A program made the translations under genes and the position numbers. Under the pieces are notes generated by a model. It did not search any database, was not told the origin of the DNA, and was given only the letters and a program-made list of their open reading frames with translations. A DNA stretch of 38,329 bases, from positions 1 to 38,329 of the forward strand of contig NW_021835794.1 of assembly GCF_006345805.1 (NCBI RefSeq). Reading direction: 5' to 3'. Each line of letters opens with the position of its first letter. Position 1 is the first letter of the stretch. Of the stretch, positions 1 through 12,031 are shown piece after piece. The stretch comes from Octopus sinensis (taxonomy: Eukaryota).

Positions 1-922
1 GATGAAATATACAAGTGGGCTAAGAAGAATAGCACACAGTTTAATGCTGAAAAGTTTCAAGCCCTATACTACCAGCATGGAAAGCTAAATGAAATATAAG
101 TTAAAAGCACTGAACCTGGAGGGATTGCAATCCCAGAGACACAGTCAGTGCGAGACTTGGGCATTTACATGAGTAATGATGCCTTCTTCCATGTGCATAT
201 TGCTAAGATGGCAATGAAATGCAGGCGGCTAACCGGATGGATTCTCAGAACTTTTTAAACGAGAGATAAGGAAATCATGATGGTCCTTTGGAAGACATTT
301 GTCCTAAGCCACTTTGACTATTACTCCCAGATATTGTTACCATCCAGTGTAAAATTAATTGCAGAACTTGAGGTAATCCAACTAAGCTACACGAAGATAG
401 CCTTTATGCAGCATATAAGCTACTGGCAAAGACTCGGGAGGTTGAGACTCTATTCCCTAGAGCGTATGCGGCAAAGATATGCCATAATATACATCTGGAA
501 GATTCTAAAGGTACTTGTCCCAAACTTTCGCGTTGAGAGTTACACTAACGCTGCAACGGGGCGCCGCTACATAGTGCCAAGTACTCCAACTTTGCCATCA
601 TAATATAGGACAAGATATTGCAACAGCCTGGTCTTTAAAGGTTCACAGATCTTCAATATCCTCCCAAAGGACCTGAGATGCTTCCACGGGGTGGATGTGA
701 GTGCTTTCAAAACGAAACTAGATCTCTTACTGTCAAATGTACCAGATGAACCAACTTCACAGCTGGAAGTGTAAATTAGGGCAGCGATCTCGAACTCCCT
801 CATGCACCAAATGTCAAGTTCTAAAAAGAATTAGTGAAGTAAAAATTATGTAGCAACAACAAATAGCGGTGCCCCAGCATGGCCACAGCTCGTGTACTGA
901 AACTAGTTCAATTCAATTCAAT
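1..922 (+). mobile_element. CR1-clade LINE, decayed 3' end of ORF2 plus 3' UTR and (TTCAA)n tail; 5' part lies outside the window
   Basis: Frame 1 from base 1 reads DEIYKWAKKN..FNAEKF..VRDLGI..GWILRTF*TRD..LWKTFVL..SYWQRL..LYSLER..IFNILPKDLR..FKTKLD..VPDEP, typical CR1 ORF2 C-terminal motifs. In-frame stops at 97-99, 256-258 and 601-603. TTCAA repeats at 907-922. Confidence 0.9.
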
Positions 923-979
923 ATAAAAGCAAAAGACGTAAAAATTTTAATGTAAGATTTGTGTTCTTATCTATGATGC

Positions 980-1968
980 TCAATTCTTCTTTGCAGGTGT
1001 CATAAATTCAAAAATCTTTTTTTCTCTCTTTCTACTGTTACGTAAGCTATTAATATCATTTTCTGCTGAAAATATGTGTTTTAGACTCTCAGGGCAAACG
1101 TTTGAACTGAGAATGTTAAGTTCATTGATTAAATCAAAGTACTTTTTAAAATCAGCTTTGTTAACTTGTTCTTCGGCAGTTGTTGTCCCCCCCCGCCACA
1201 TCATTACTTAGAGATTTGGAATTTATCATTTGACTTGTAAAATATTTGGCTTCATCTGGGTTATTGCAACATTCTGCTTCTCTAGTTTCATAACTTTTTT
1301 TAAGTTCAGTTAAAGTAACAGAATCATATTTTAATTCCTTGAGTTCCTTAAGTGCATATTGCAGCTCGTATTCCCCATTTTTCTAAACTCAATCCAACTG
1401 TTGTATTTTCAAGAAAATCTTCACTCGTTGAATTCTGTATTTGTAGACCTGAATTTTTCCAGAAATTTACAATTGTCTCTTTTACAACCGAATCCCATGC
1501 CTGGATTGACCAAAAAATACCATCCAATAATGATGTTCCTTTTGAATTGACACTTGCACATCATTCTTTATTAACCAAATTTTAAATAAAAATCGTATTA
1601 TAGTTGCACTTGAATGACCAAATAATTCGTCGATCTAAAGGTTGTAAACTTGCAGTTGTGTTTGGGGGTAGAAAAAGTTATATATTTGAAAATCTTTGTT
1701 GTTTGTGGTACGCTGCATTATCAAGGAGCAATAATACTTTTCTCTGTTGTTTAAAAAATTCGTAATTGATTTGTTTTAGGTAAAATGAAAGTATGTTTTC
1801 CGTCATCCATGCCGTATTGTTTTTATAATAAAATTCCTGTTCCAGAATGTCAATATTCTTGATACAACGAGTTCTAAGACTTTTTCCACTAAAAATGACT
1901 TTTATCTTCTCACCAGTTGCACTACAAGTTAATACTATTGTAATTCTCTCTTTTGATTCCTGTAATTT
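980..1968 (-). mobile_element. pogo/Tigger-like (CENP-B/DDE_1) transposase remnant, 5'-truncated, with stops
   Basis: Manual minus-strand translation: SKERITIVLTCSATGEK..NNTAWMT..RKVLLLLDNAAYH..FSNI*LFLPPNTTASLQPLD..IIWSFK, then LLDGIFWSIQAWDSVVKETIVNFWKNSG. Stop at forward 1678-1680. No TIR identified; the left boundary is approximate. Confidence 0.85.
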
Positions 1969-2195
1969 TGTATTATCATCACCTGAAGATTGTCGATCAA
2001 GACAAGAAACGATTGTAGTGGCGGTTTTTTTGACTATTTATTAAAATTTTATGTATTGATTAAGTCTTTCCTTGTTTGTTTTGCAAAATAGTGGTTTTGT
2101 CTCTAATATATTTTATAATATTTTACTATAAAATTGGATTTAATCCTAAATCTGATTTTTTTCCCTGTAAATTTGGATTTATTCCCTAATATTTA
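1969..2195 (+). mobile_element. Penelope-like element terminal-repeat fragment carrying a hammerhead motif, ending at a (TA)n tract
   Basis: Contains the hammerhead at 1979-2021, followed by AT-rich sequence running into (TA)n at about 2196-2237. The class is inferred from the ribozyme association. Confidence 0.6.
1979..2021 (+). ncRNA. Minimal type I hammerhead ribozyme motif (Penelope-type), predicted cleavage after GUA at 2017
   Basis: TCAC|CTGAAGA|TTGTC-GATCAA-GACAA|GAA|ACGATTGT|A|GTGG: intact CUGANGA and GAA core, 5-bp stem II, near-palindromic stem III, 4-bp stem I with one G-U pair. Confidence 0.75.
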
Positions 2196-2196
2196 T

Positions 2197-2236
<40 letters not shown>

Positions 2237-2238
<2 letters not shown>

Positions 2239-2443
2239 CATGCCGGCGAAATGCGTTGCCGTATATCGTCTGCCGTTTCCGTTCCCAGTTCAAATTCCGC
2301 CTAGGTCGACTTTGCCTTTCATCCTTCCGGGGTCGATAAATTAAGTACTAGTTACGCACTGGGGTCGATGTAATCGACTTAATCCCTTTGTTTGTCCTTG
2401 TTTGTCTCCTCTGTGTTTAGCCCCTTGGGGGTAGTAAAGAAAT
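2237..2443 (+). mobile_element. tRNA-headed SINE family C (Deu/Nin-like central domain), head truncated
   Basis: B-box-like CAGTTCAAATT, then GTCGACTTTGCCTTTCATCCTTCCGGGGTCGATAAATTAAGTAC...CTGGGGTCGATGTAATCGACT. Many diverged copies occur elsewhere in the window. The domain name is from recall. Confidence 0.8.
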
Positions 2444-2786
2444 ATATATATATATACGTATGAATGTATGTGTGTGTGTGTGTGTATGTATGTATGTACG
2501 GCGAGCGTAGTTATTCACGTACGAAACCGACTTGCAAGTTATTGGTCTTTCCCGGGGCTAGAAGATAATTACAGGTGTTACGCAGGTGTTGCTAAAGGTG
2601 AATACAAGAGTATGTGGTTCGGAAGGAAGCTTCTGAAAAGCTCATGAGAAAATAGACCGGCGATTTATTCATGATACACAGTCCGTACTAACTAAGATCG
2701 ATCTCTCTCTCAGTTGTGAAGCGATAGCGGTGTAGCCTTATCTATGCAAATGGTTAGATGAGATTTTTCACTAGAAAAGAAAAAAG

Positions 2787-2787
2787 G

Positions 2788-2840
<53 letters not shown>

Positions 2841-2847
2841 GTGGTGG

Positions 2848-2888
<41 letters not shown>

Positions 2889-3174
2889 GTGTTGATGGTG
2901 GTGTTGATGGTGGTGATGGTGGTGGTGGTGGTGGTAAGAAGGGGCAGTATAAGGATGAGTATTAATAAGACAAAAAAGAAGGACGATGAGTAGAAGACAA
3001 AAAGAAGAAGAGGAAGAAGAACAAGAACAAGAAAAAGAACAAGAAGAAGAACAAGAAAGGTGTGATGATGATAAAGACGAAAACATGTAGACGACGAGGA
3101 AGGCGAAGAAGAAGAAGAAGAAGAAGAAGAAGAAGAAGAAGACGAAGAAGAAGACGAAGAAGAAGACGAAGAAG

Positions 3175-3206
<32 letters not shown>

Positions 3207-3503
3207 TAAGGAGAAGAAGAAGAGAATAAAAAAAAAAAAGAAGAAGAAGAAGAAAAGTAAGAGAAGAAGAAGAAGAAGAAGAAGAAGAGAAGAATAAGAC
3301 AAAGAAGAAGAAGAAGAAGAAGAAAAAAGAAGAAGAAGAAGAAGACAAGGCTGAAGAATGGGGAGGAAAAGAAGAAGGTTCACAACTTTTAATAAAATTT
3401 ACTAAAACGTCCTTTCCATATGTCACAGCGTCAATATTGCGCATTGTTTTCACAGCCGTTACTCTTCCTCCTGACTGACATTGATATTATTATCATTATT
3501 ATT

Positions 3504-3556
<53 letters not shown>

Positions 3557-3677
3557 TATTATTATCATTATTATTATTATCATTATTATTTTTATTATTG
3601 TTATTATTGTTATTATTATTGTCATTATTATTATCATCATCATTATTATTGTTATCATCATCATCATCATCATCATC

Positions 3678-3722
<45 letters not shown>

Positions 3723-3874
3723 CGTTGTTGTCGTGGTCGTTGTTGTTGCATAGCATTTTATTATTGTATTAAATTATTAGTGTTTTGTGGGGTTTTTTAT
3801 TGGCATATCTTCTAATTTTCATTATTGTTGTGGTCGTTGTTCTTAATTATCACACGTCATTATAATTATAGCTA

Positions 3875-3905
<31 letters not shown>
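2787..3905. repeat. Compound trinucleotide microsatellites (GAT, GGT, GAA, CAT, ATT, GTT)
   Basis: Directly visible; explains the homopolymeric ORFs in 2754-3815. Confidence 0.97.
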
Positions 3906-3906
<1 letters not shown>

Positions 3907-4169
3907 ATTATAGGTATAAGACATATTGTTTATTGCATGCTTATATTATAATAATCATGAGAAGAATTACAGAGAGAAGTATATAACCGATAAATATAAA
4001 GCATCAAAACAAGAACAAAATCAATAAGAACATGAAACAACATTAGCAGGAACGACAATGACAAACGTATTTTTACTATTACTAATACGACTAACAATAA
4101 TGGCAATCAGATTATATATATACACCAACTTGGAATGAAGTAACGTCTACACTTCTATTTTTCCCTTTC

Positions 4170-4192
4170 CACATATTTATGTATATATATAT

Positions 4193-4234
<42 letters not shown>

Positions 4235-4318
4235 GCCTAAAATACATATATAAATGTATATATATATATACAAACATATATATATATGTATATATATATT
4301 TATAAGTATATATTATAA

Positions 4319-4352
<34 letters not shown>

Positions 4353-4639
4353 TACATATATATATATAATTATATATATATATATACACATATATGCATC
4401 CATATGCGTGTGTATGTGCAGACAGAGACAACGCTAAGACATGCGTTCGGATGGGTGTATTACATACTTTTATTAAAACTGCTTAAGCTTCACAAAATCG
4501 TCATATATATATGTTATTACATATATATATATGAGCATGTAATGTACAGACAGAGACACCGTTCACATATGAACATATATATATTATATATATATATATT
4601 CATGTACGTATCTATGTATATATGAATATATATCTATTC

Positions 4640-4676
<37 letters not shown>

Positions 4677-5091
4677 ATATATGCATACCTGTATAGTACA
4701 CAAATACATATATATATACATTCCTATATGTATGCATATATGCATACATATTTATATAATCAAATATAAAGAAAAAGAAATGCCATTATTATTATTATTA
4801 TCATTATCATGGTTATTGTTGATGTTGTTATCTTAGTCCATATTCATATTCTTATTCTTAATAAATTTCTTTTGCTCCATCCTCGTATTCTCTTACTTCA
4901 TTATCGTTAATATTAGTATTGAGATCATTATCGTTATCCGGGTTGCCGTCGTCGTCGTGGTAATCATCATCATCATCATCATCATCATCACCATTAGCAC
5001 CAACATGGTCATCATCATCATCACCATTATCGTCATCATCATTAATATAATTTTTTGTTATTATAAATTTTGTTTTGGTACTGTTGTTGTC

Positions 5092-5136
<45 letters not shown>

Positions 5137-5189
5137 TTATTATTATTATTATTATTATTGTTATTATTATTATCATTATCATTATTACT

Positions 5190-5287
<98 letters not shown>

Positions 5288-5304
5288 CATTATTATTATT
5301 ATTA

Positions 5305-5339
<35 letters not shown>

Positions 5340-5420
5340 GTTATTATTATTATTATCAGCAATTCCACCACCGTCATCATCATCATCATCATCATCATCA
5401 TCTTCATTATTATTATTGTT
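4170..5420. repeat. Microsatellite fields: (TA)n, (GATA)n, (CA)n, then (CAT)n/(ATT)n
   Basis: Directly visible. Confidence 0.95.
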
Positions 5421-5731
5421 ATTACAGCTTCTGTACTTGCGTCAGTTGCAATAACGAAATGATTAAAACCATTTCTAATTACTCTCGTCGAAAGACATGT
5501 TAATTAAAATACGACAACAACAACAATAAAAAACAGGAACAACGACAGCGATAAACTAAAGTCTGAAAGATTACTGACAGCCATTAGGAATAAAAAAAGT
5601 ATATAGTTCCTCTTTTATATCGCTAAATATTATCTCCTTCTCGCGTTATTCCGACATTATCATCACGTACATCACCAACGCCAACATTATAACCGCCATT
5701 AATACCAACCATCAACACCAGCGTAACCATT

Positions 5732-5774
<43 letters not shown>

Positions 5775-6084
5775 TATATATACTACTCTTGCTGTCTCTT
5801 TCGTTACTACGACCGCTAACTTGAGTACTACAGCCGCCTCTACATCCAACACATCCACCACTACCACTGCAACCAACCTGCAAAACCATTACCGCTTGCA
5901 CTAGAACCGACAGCTTTGTGTCCTAATAAACAAGAACACAAGAAGTAAATAAGAATATTAGACCAACTGCTACAATAACAACAACAGATTTGGAACAGCA
6001 ATGGCAGTGCTACATTAGAAACACCATGTATAATGTAACACCATATATAACGTCCCTGACCACAAATCAATCAATAAGGTGCCT

Positions 6085-6240
6085 TGTCGACCGTCCCTTA
6101 GCCTCAAGCTTGCTTCCCAACAATGTGGTCTTGGGTTCAGTCCCATTGCGCAGCACCTTGGAAAAGTTGCTTTCTACAATAGCCACGGGCCTTCTGAGAG
6201 GATTTGTTAGAAGGAGACTGAAAAAAGCCCAAAGTAGACA
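6085..6240 (+). mobile_element. SINE family A, degenerate 5' half
   Basis: GGGTTCAGTCCCATTGCGCAGCACCTTGG..CTACAATAGCC matches the head of the better family A copies (e.g. 13690-14113). Confidence 0.7.
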
Positions 6241-6267
6241 TATATATAAGGCAGAAGGCCAAATACG

Positions 6268-6597
6268 CCCTTCGGTCACGGATGACCATGGGATTGTTCC
6301 TAGAAAGTTACCCTCCGAGATACAAGTCCGAGCAAGGTTCTTTATGGAAGACCAACAGTCGCCCATGCATACCAGCCTCCCCTGTCCACGCCATCAGTGT
6401 TATCCAGGGGATTGGCAAAGGCCGATACAGCTTGGCACCAGTGACGTCGCAACACATTTCTACAGCTGAGGGAACTGGAGCAATGTGAAATAAAGTGTCT
6501 TGCTCAAGAACATCACACACAGCCCGGTCCGAGAATCGTAATCACTACCTCATGATTATGAGCCCCATGCTGTAACCACTGAGCTATGCGCCTTCAC
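6268..6597 (-). mobile_element. tRNA-headed SINE family D
   Basis: Minus strand starts GTGAAGGCGCATAGCTCAGTGGTTA (A box), then TTCTTGAGCAAGACACTTTATTTCACATTGCTCCAG..CTCAGCTGTAGAAATG. Related heads at 11967-12031, 28387 and 34380-34465. Confidence 0.75.
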
Positions 6598-6658
6598 ATA
6601 TATATATTTGTGTGCGCCCGTGTGCGTGTGTGTGTGAGCATATATGTATGTATACACT

Positions 6659-7048
6659 GTGGAGGCGCAATCGCCCAGTGGTTAGGGTAGCGGACTCGCG
6701 GTCGTAGGATCGCGGTTTCGATTCCCAGACCGGGCGTTGTGAGTGTTTATTGAGCGAAAACACCTAAAAGCTCCACGAGGCTCCGGCAGGGGATGGTGGT
6801 GATCCCTGCTGTACTCTTTCACCACAACTTTCTTTCACTCATACTTCCTGTTTCTGTTGTGCCTGTATTTCAAAGGGCCGGCCTTGTCACTCTCTGTGTC
6901 ACGCTGAATATCCCCGAGAACTGCGTTAAGGGTACACGTGTCTGTGGAGTGCTCAGCCACTTACACGTTAATTTCACGAGCAGGCTGTTCCGTTGATCGG
7001 ATCAGCCGGAACCCTCGTCGTCGTAACCGACGGAGTGCTTCCCATCCA
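6659..7048 (+). mobile_element. tRNA-headed SINE family B, full length, 8-bp TSD TATACACT
   Basis: A box in GCCCAGTGGTTAGG, B box GGTTTCGATTCCC; near-identical to 12103-12493 and 20798-21185. TATACACT at 6651-6658 and 7051-7058. Confidence 0.9.
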
Positions 7049-7289
7049 TATATACACTATGTGTGTGTGTGTTTGTGTGTGTGTGTATGTGTGAATGTGT
7101 GTGTATGTATTTTAAATTCATTTACGGGAAACGTTTCGAATATACATATAAAAGCTCCCATTTTATTATGCCAGGTACAGTCTGATGATACCAACTGGCA
7201 ATTACAGGTTTTCGGGGTTGCACTGAGCTACGTCAATAAAATGTAGGATAAATATAGTAATAAGGATGGAAAGTTCGAACCTTACCATA

Positions 7290-8163
7290 AGCAAAATAAT
7301 GTTTTTCGTTCATTTTGGCAATTTCATAGCAATATATTCCTGCAGTAATGTTTTTTTTTTTTTCGGGTTTTAAGAAGTTATAGTGGATGAGTCCAGCAGT
7401 ACACCACCAAATAGTCACTATAACCTTCTTTTTGAAGAGCTCGGGTGGGAGGTTTTCAGTGCTTCATTTTTGTCCAACCACTGCGAAGAATTTTTTTTTA
7501 TTACTGTACAGAATCCATTTATCATCGCAAGTTACAATACAGTCAAGAAATGGATCGGTCTGATTACAGAGAAGAAGCGAAGAGCAAATTTCATATCTGC
7601 GCATTTTCTGATTTTCATTCGAATCGTGAGTTACCCATTTGTCGATCTTTTATGATTTTTTTGATTTTCCATGCAAATGCTTTCAAGTAGTATTCTGGCC
7701 AACTTGGAGCTCTTTTGCCAGTTCTTGAGTGGTTTCAGGTGGATCTTTGTCAATGACGATCTTTAATTGACTGTCATTGATGACAGATGGGCGTCCGCTG
7801 CGCTCACGATCTTCAAGGATCAGGTCTCCATTGCGAAATCGTTTAAACCATTTTCGAGCCGAGTACTCATGGGTCATTTTCTTCACCAAATGTTTCGTTG
7901 ATATCGTGAGCATTTTCAGCGTCGTTTTTGATGTTCAATTGTAAAATTGTTCGAATATCGCGTTTCTAAAGTTCCGGCTCAGATGACTGTAACAACGGTG
8001 AACAAAAAATTTCAGTGTTAATTCATAGATGCATTTGGGCATGTCTATGTCTGTATTATCAGACAACTACAAAAAATGCTTTAAAAAAATTCAAAACTCT
8101 GCAAAAATCTGGTACAAATTTTTCATGGTTCAAAACGTTGCTTACTTTTTACTCAACCTGATA
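7290..8163 (-). mobile_element. mariner (Hsmar1-like) transposon, 5' TIR plus frameshifted 5' two-thirds of the transposase
   Basis: TA-TCAGGTTGAGTAAAAAGTAAGCAACGTTTT TIR at 8132-8163. Translation: WFKRFRNGDLILEDRERSGRP..TTQELAKEL..KWVTHD (WVPHEL-like)..FLDCIVTCDDKWILY..TIWWCTAGLIHYNFLKP. Truncated before the second catalytic Asp; no right TIR seen. Confidence 0.9.
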
Positions 8164-8195
8164 TAACACAAATAACTTATAATATGATTAAAGTA

Positions 8196-8690
8196 AGCAA
8201 AGTCAACCTCGGCGGAATTGGAACTCACAATGTAAAGCCAGAAAAATGCTGTTAAGCAACTTGTCTGGCGTACAAACTATTCTGCCATCTTGCTACATTT
8301 ATAACGGCTTTTAATTTTGGCACAATGCCCGCAATTTCGAGTGAGAGGAGGAGTCGATTACATCGACCCGGAAAGAATGAAAGGCAAAGTCGACTTCGGC
8401 GGAATTTGAACTGAGAACGTAAAAACGGACGAGATGCCGCAAAGCATTCTGTCCGGTATGCAAACGATTCTGCATTTATGATAATAATTATAATCTTTGC
8501 TACTATAGATGCAGGGTCTGAAATTTTGTGGGAATTACTTAGTCGATTATGTCAACCCCAGTGTATAACGGCTATTTACTTTATCGACCGTTGGAAAAAT
8601 GAAACGCAATGTCAACCGCAGAATGTAAAGCCGGAAGACATTTTACTAAGGGTTTTGTCCGGCCTACTAATGATTCTGCAAAGCACCTTC
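8196..8690 (-). mobile_element. Three adjacent degenerate copies of SINE family C
   Basis: Reverse complements of the family C motifs (AAAGTCAACCTCGGCGGAATT, AGTCGATTACATCGACCC, GAAAGGCAAAGTCGAC) at about 8200-8295, 8312-8473 and 8511-8687. Confidence 0.75.
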
Positions 8691-9009
8691 ACCTTATATT
8701 TTACATATGATAACGAAGTCATTAAAGAAAAGACTGGATGTGCTGTTTGGTGCACCTACGTCTATGAGTTGCTTGAATAATTCTATCGCATACAGGCACA
8801 AAACCACATACTAACAACACACACACACCTCCAATTAGTACAGACGTATAACTCCTCAGCTAATCTACTTTCACTTTTAACACTAAGTCAATGACGTCAT
8901 GGATTTCATAATACGAATATAATCCTCTCCTTTATAATTTTCCTTTTCCGTTTTTACGCCGGAAAAACTAATTCTTTACATTTCATTCTCACATAGGTTT
9001 TCAGGATCA

Positions 9010-9010
<1 letters not shown>

Positions 9011-9048
<38 letters not shown>

Positions 9049-9123
9049 TATTATTAGTAGTAGTAGTTAGTAGTAGTAGTAGTATCATTATTATTATTAT
9101 TATTACTATTATTATTATTATTA

Positions 9124-9168
<45 letters not shown>

Positions 9169-9503
9169 TATTATTATTATTATTATTATTATAACTACTA
9201 CTACTGTTATTATTGATACTGCAATTATTACTATTACCGTTATTATTACTATTATTATTGTTATTACTAGCGCTATCATTATTATTATTATTATTATTAT
9301 TAATATTGTTCTTAATATTATCATTACCATTTCATTATTTAACATCATTATTATTACTCTTACTTTTACTACCATCATTATTTTTATCATTATTATTATT
9401 GGTGGTGTTAGCGGTGGTGTTTTTGTTATACATTTATCTATTTCCGGCAAACACTTTCTTATATACGAATTAACACAACAACAACAACAACAACAACAAC
9501 AAA
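9011..9503. repeat. (ATT)n/(AGT)n/(ACA)n microsatellite field
   Basis: Directly visible. Confidence 0.95.
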
Positions 9504-9777
9504 GCATATGGATCTACGAAAATTTTGTTTCTTGAACTCACCTGCACTCGGTATGGAGAGTGTTACAACTTCAAAATGGCGACACCTAATGTGACGTTTC
9601 GAGTCTCCTTTGTTGAAATATTTCCAGAGTCTTTAAGAAATACTTAGATTCAGTCCAACAAAGGATTTCTTCAAACTGAAGATATGGAATGACAAAAGAC
9701 GGAAACATTTCTGTACTTGGAGCCGCGTGCTGAAAAATCACTCGAAAGAAACATGAATAATAAGAAGAGAAAAATGA

Positions 9778-10172
9778 TAATTATTATTATTGTTGTTGTT
9801 GTTATTATTATTATTATTATTAATTTATTATATCATTATTATTGTTATTAATATTATTATTATTATTATATTATTATTATTATTATTATTATCATTATTA
9901 TTATCATTAATATTATTATTATTTTATTTTATTATTATTATTATTATTATTATCATTATTATATATTAATATATTATTATTATTATTATTATATTATTAT
10001 TATTATTATCATTATTATTATTATTAATATTATTATTATTATTAATATTATTATTATTATTATTATTATTATTATCATCATCATCATATTGAGAACAACA
10101 GCAACAACAGCAATCACGACGGCAACCGCACCCACAGCAACACCAAGAACAACGGTTATAATAATGACAAAT

Positions 10173-10209
<37 letters not shown>

Positions 10210-10231
10210 GGTGGTGGTGGTGGTGGTGGTG

Positions 10232-10280
<49 letters not shown>

Positions 10281-10549
10281 CAGCAGGAGCAGGAAGAAGA
10301 AGAAGAGGACGCGAGGAGTCGAAGAGAAGAGGAAGTAGAGAAGAAGAAGAAGAAGAAGAAGGAGAGAGAGAAGAAGGAGAGGAAGAACAAGAAGAAGAAG
10401 AGAGAAGAAGAGAAGAAGAAGAAAAGAAGAAGAAAAGAAGAAGAAGAAGAAAATGACGTCCAACGAAATATATAATTTTGAATGACGAAGCAAACGTGAT
10501 GGCGAAAAAAATAATATCTAAAACATTGAATGATTATTATTTTTTATTA

Positions 10550-10572
<23 letters not shown>
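9778..10572. repeat. Compound microsatellite: ATT, AGT, GGT, AGT, GAA, ATT
   Basis: Directly visible. Confidence 0.95.
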
Positions 10573-10594
<22 letters not shown>

Positions 10595-10809
10595 GGTGTT
10601 TGCATTTTTCTTAACTTTATGTTTTGCACGTTTGTTTTATTTTTGTTGATGTTGTAGTGTCTTTTTGTAGTGTCTTGGTTTGTGTGGGGGTTCGTCCTGA
10701 AAATAGTGGAACTGGCTATAGAGCCGGCATTCACAAGTAATCCGCTTTTGAAATTATCATCAAAGAATTTTCAAGAAAAAAGAAGCGTGATAATTGAAAG
10801 GAAATTGTA

Positions 10810-10925
10810 TTATATATAAATATATTCTTTCCAGATGTAATAGATAAGAAAGATTATATATACATATAAATGTGTGCATATGTATAGGCATGTGGTGCTT
10901 GTGTATAAACTCATATATGTATTAA

Positions 10926-10956
<31 letters not shown>

Positions 10957-10998
10957 CGTGTATATATTTGCATGTACATGTATATCTACACACACACG

Positions 10999-11036
<38 letters not shown>

Positions 11037-11266
11037 ATATATATATATTTGCACACACATACATACATATATAAATATATATATATACATATGTGTGTGC
11101 GTGTATGTACATATATATGCTTTTATATGTACACAGATACACCGATTTTTAGTACATTAATACATCAAAAAACTATGTTATTCAAATAAAATGCATAATT
11201 ATGTACATACATAAATATATATTGATATATATTATCTATACGTATATAAGCATTGTGTTCATATAC

Positions 11267-11328
<62 letters not shown>

Positions 11329-11840
11329 ATATATTCTGATAGAATTACCATGGGAATGGATATATCGTTTTACATTCAGGTACATACCTTATACATTCAT
11401 ATCGATATATATATATATTATATACATGCAACGAATATGTATTTCTATCCACAAAACATAGATTTGAATGTAGAATTGAGTGCATGTGTGTGTTTCATCA
11501 TACATTTTTCCCGAATGTTTATGCGCACAAAATATATTCATGTACAAATGGGGATTAAATATTTGAATTACAGTTGGAGTAGACAAATTGTAGATGAATA
11601 GATACGGATATATTTATATATATATGCGTATATGTTTGCTTGTATGGATTTGTGTCTGTGTGTCTGAATTTCTACATGAATATATATACATCCAAACACA
11701 ATCGCATACATATATTTATATGTATCTATCTATTTATCTATCTATATATATATATCACCTGTCTTCGTCTTTTGTTTTTTTCGTATACTCTTCCTATATA
11801 TATATATACATATATACATATATGTATGTATGTGTGAAGT
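10810..11840. repeat. (TA)n/(CA)n/(TG)n degenerate dinucleotide fields
   Basis: Directly visible; source of the YI/CV-rich ORFs. Confidence 0.9.
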
Positions 11841-11966
11841 GATGGCATGAAAAATATATATTGAAGCTACACTGAAATAACTTTCGCGACAAACATATCA
11901 GGGAGTGGACTAAAGAAACAGAATTGATAAGAAGTAGTTCTAGTTCTAGGAGGAGATAATAAAACA

Positions 11967-12031
11967 AATTGAACTCATTACCTCTTGTATTGTAAGCCCG
12001 ACGCTCTAAGCATTGAGCCATGCACCTTCAC
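11967..12031 (-). mobile_element. Isolated tRNA-like head of SINE family D
   Basis: GTGAAGGTGCATGGCTCAATGCTTAGAGCGTCGGGCT...GAGTTCAATT on the minus strand. Confidence 0.65.

Noticed and set aside
6661-6735. tRNA genes at SINE heads
   Set aside because: No acceptor-stem closure or terminator; each head continues into a repeated SINE body.
10673-10740. Possible plus-strand exon (VLVCVGVRPENSGTGYRAGIH)
   Set aside because: Weak donor, no recognisable protein similarity and no linking exons.
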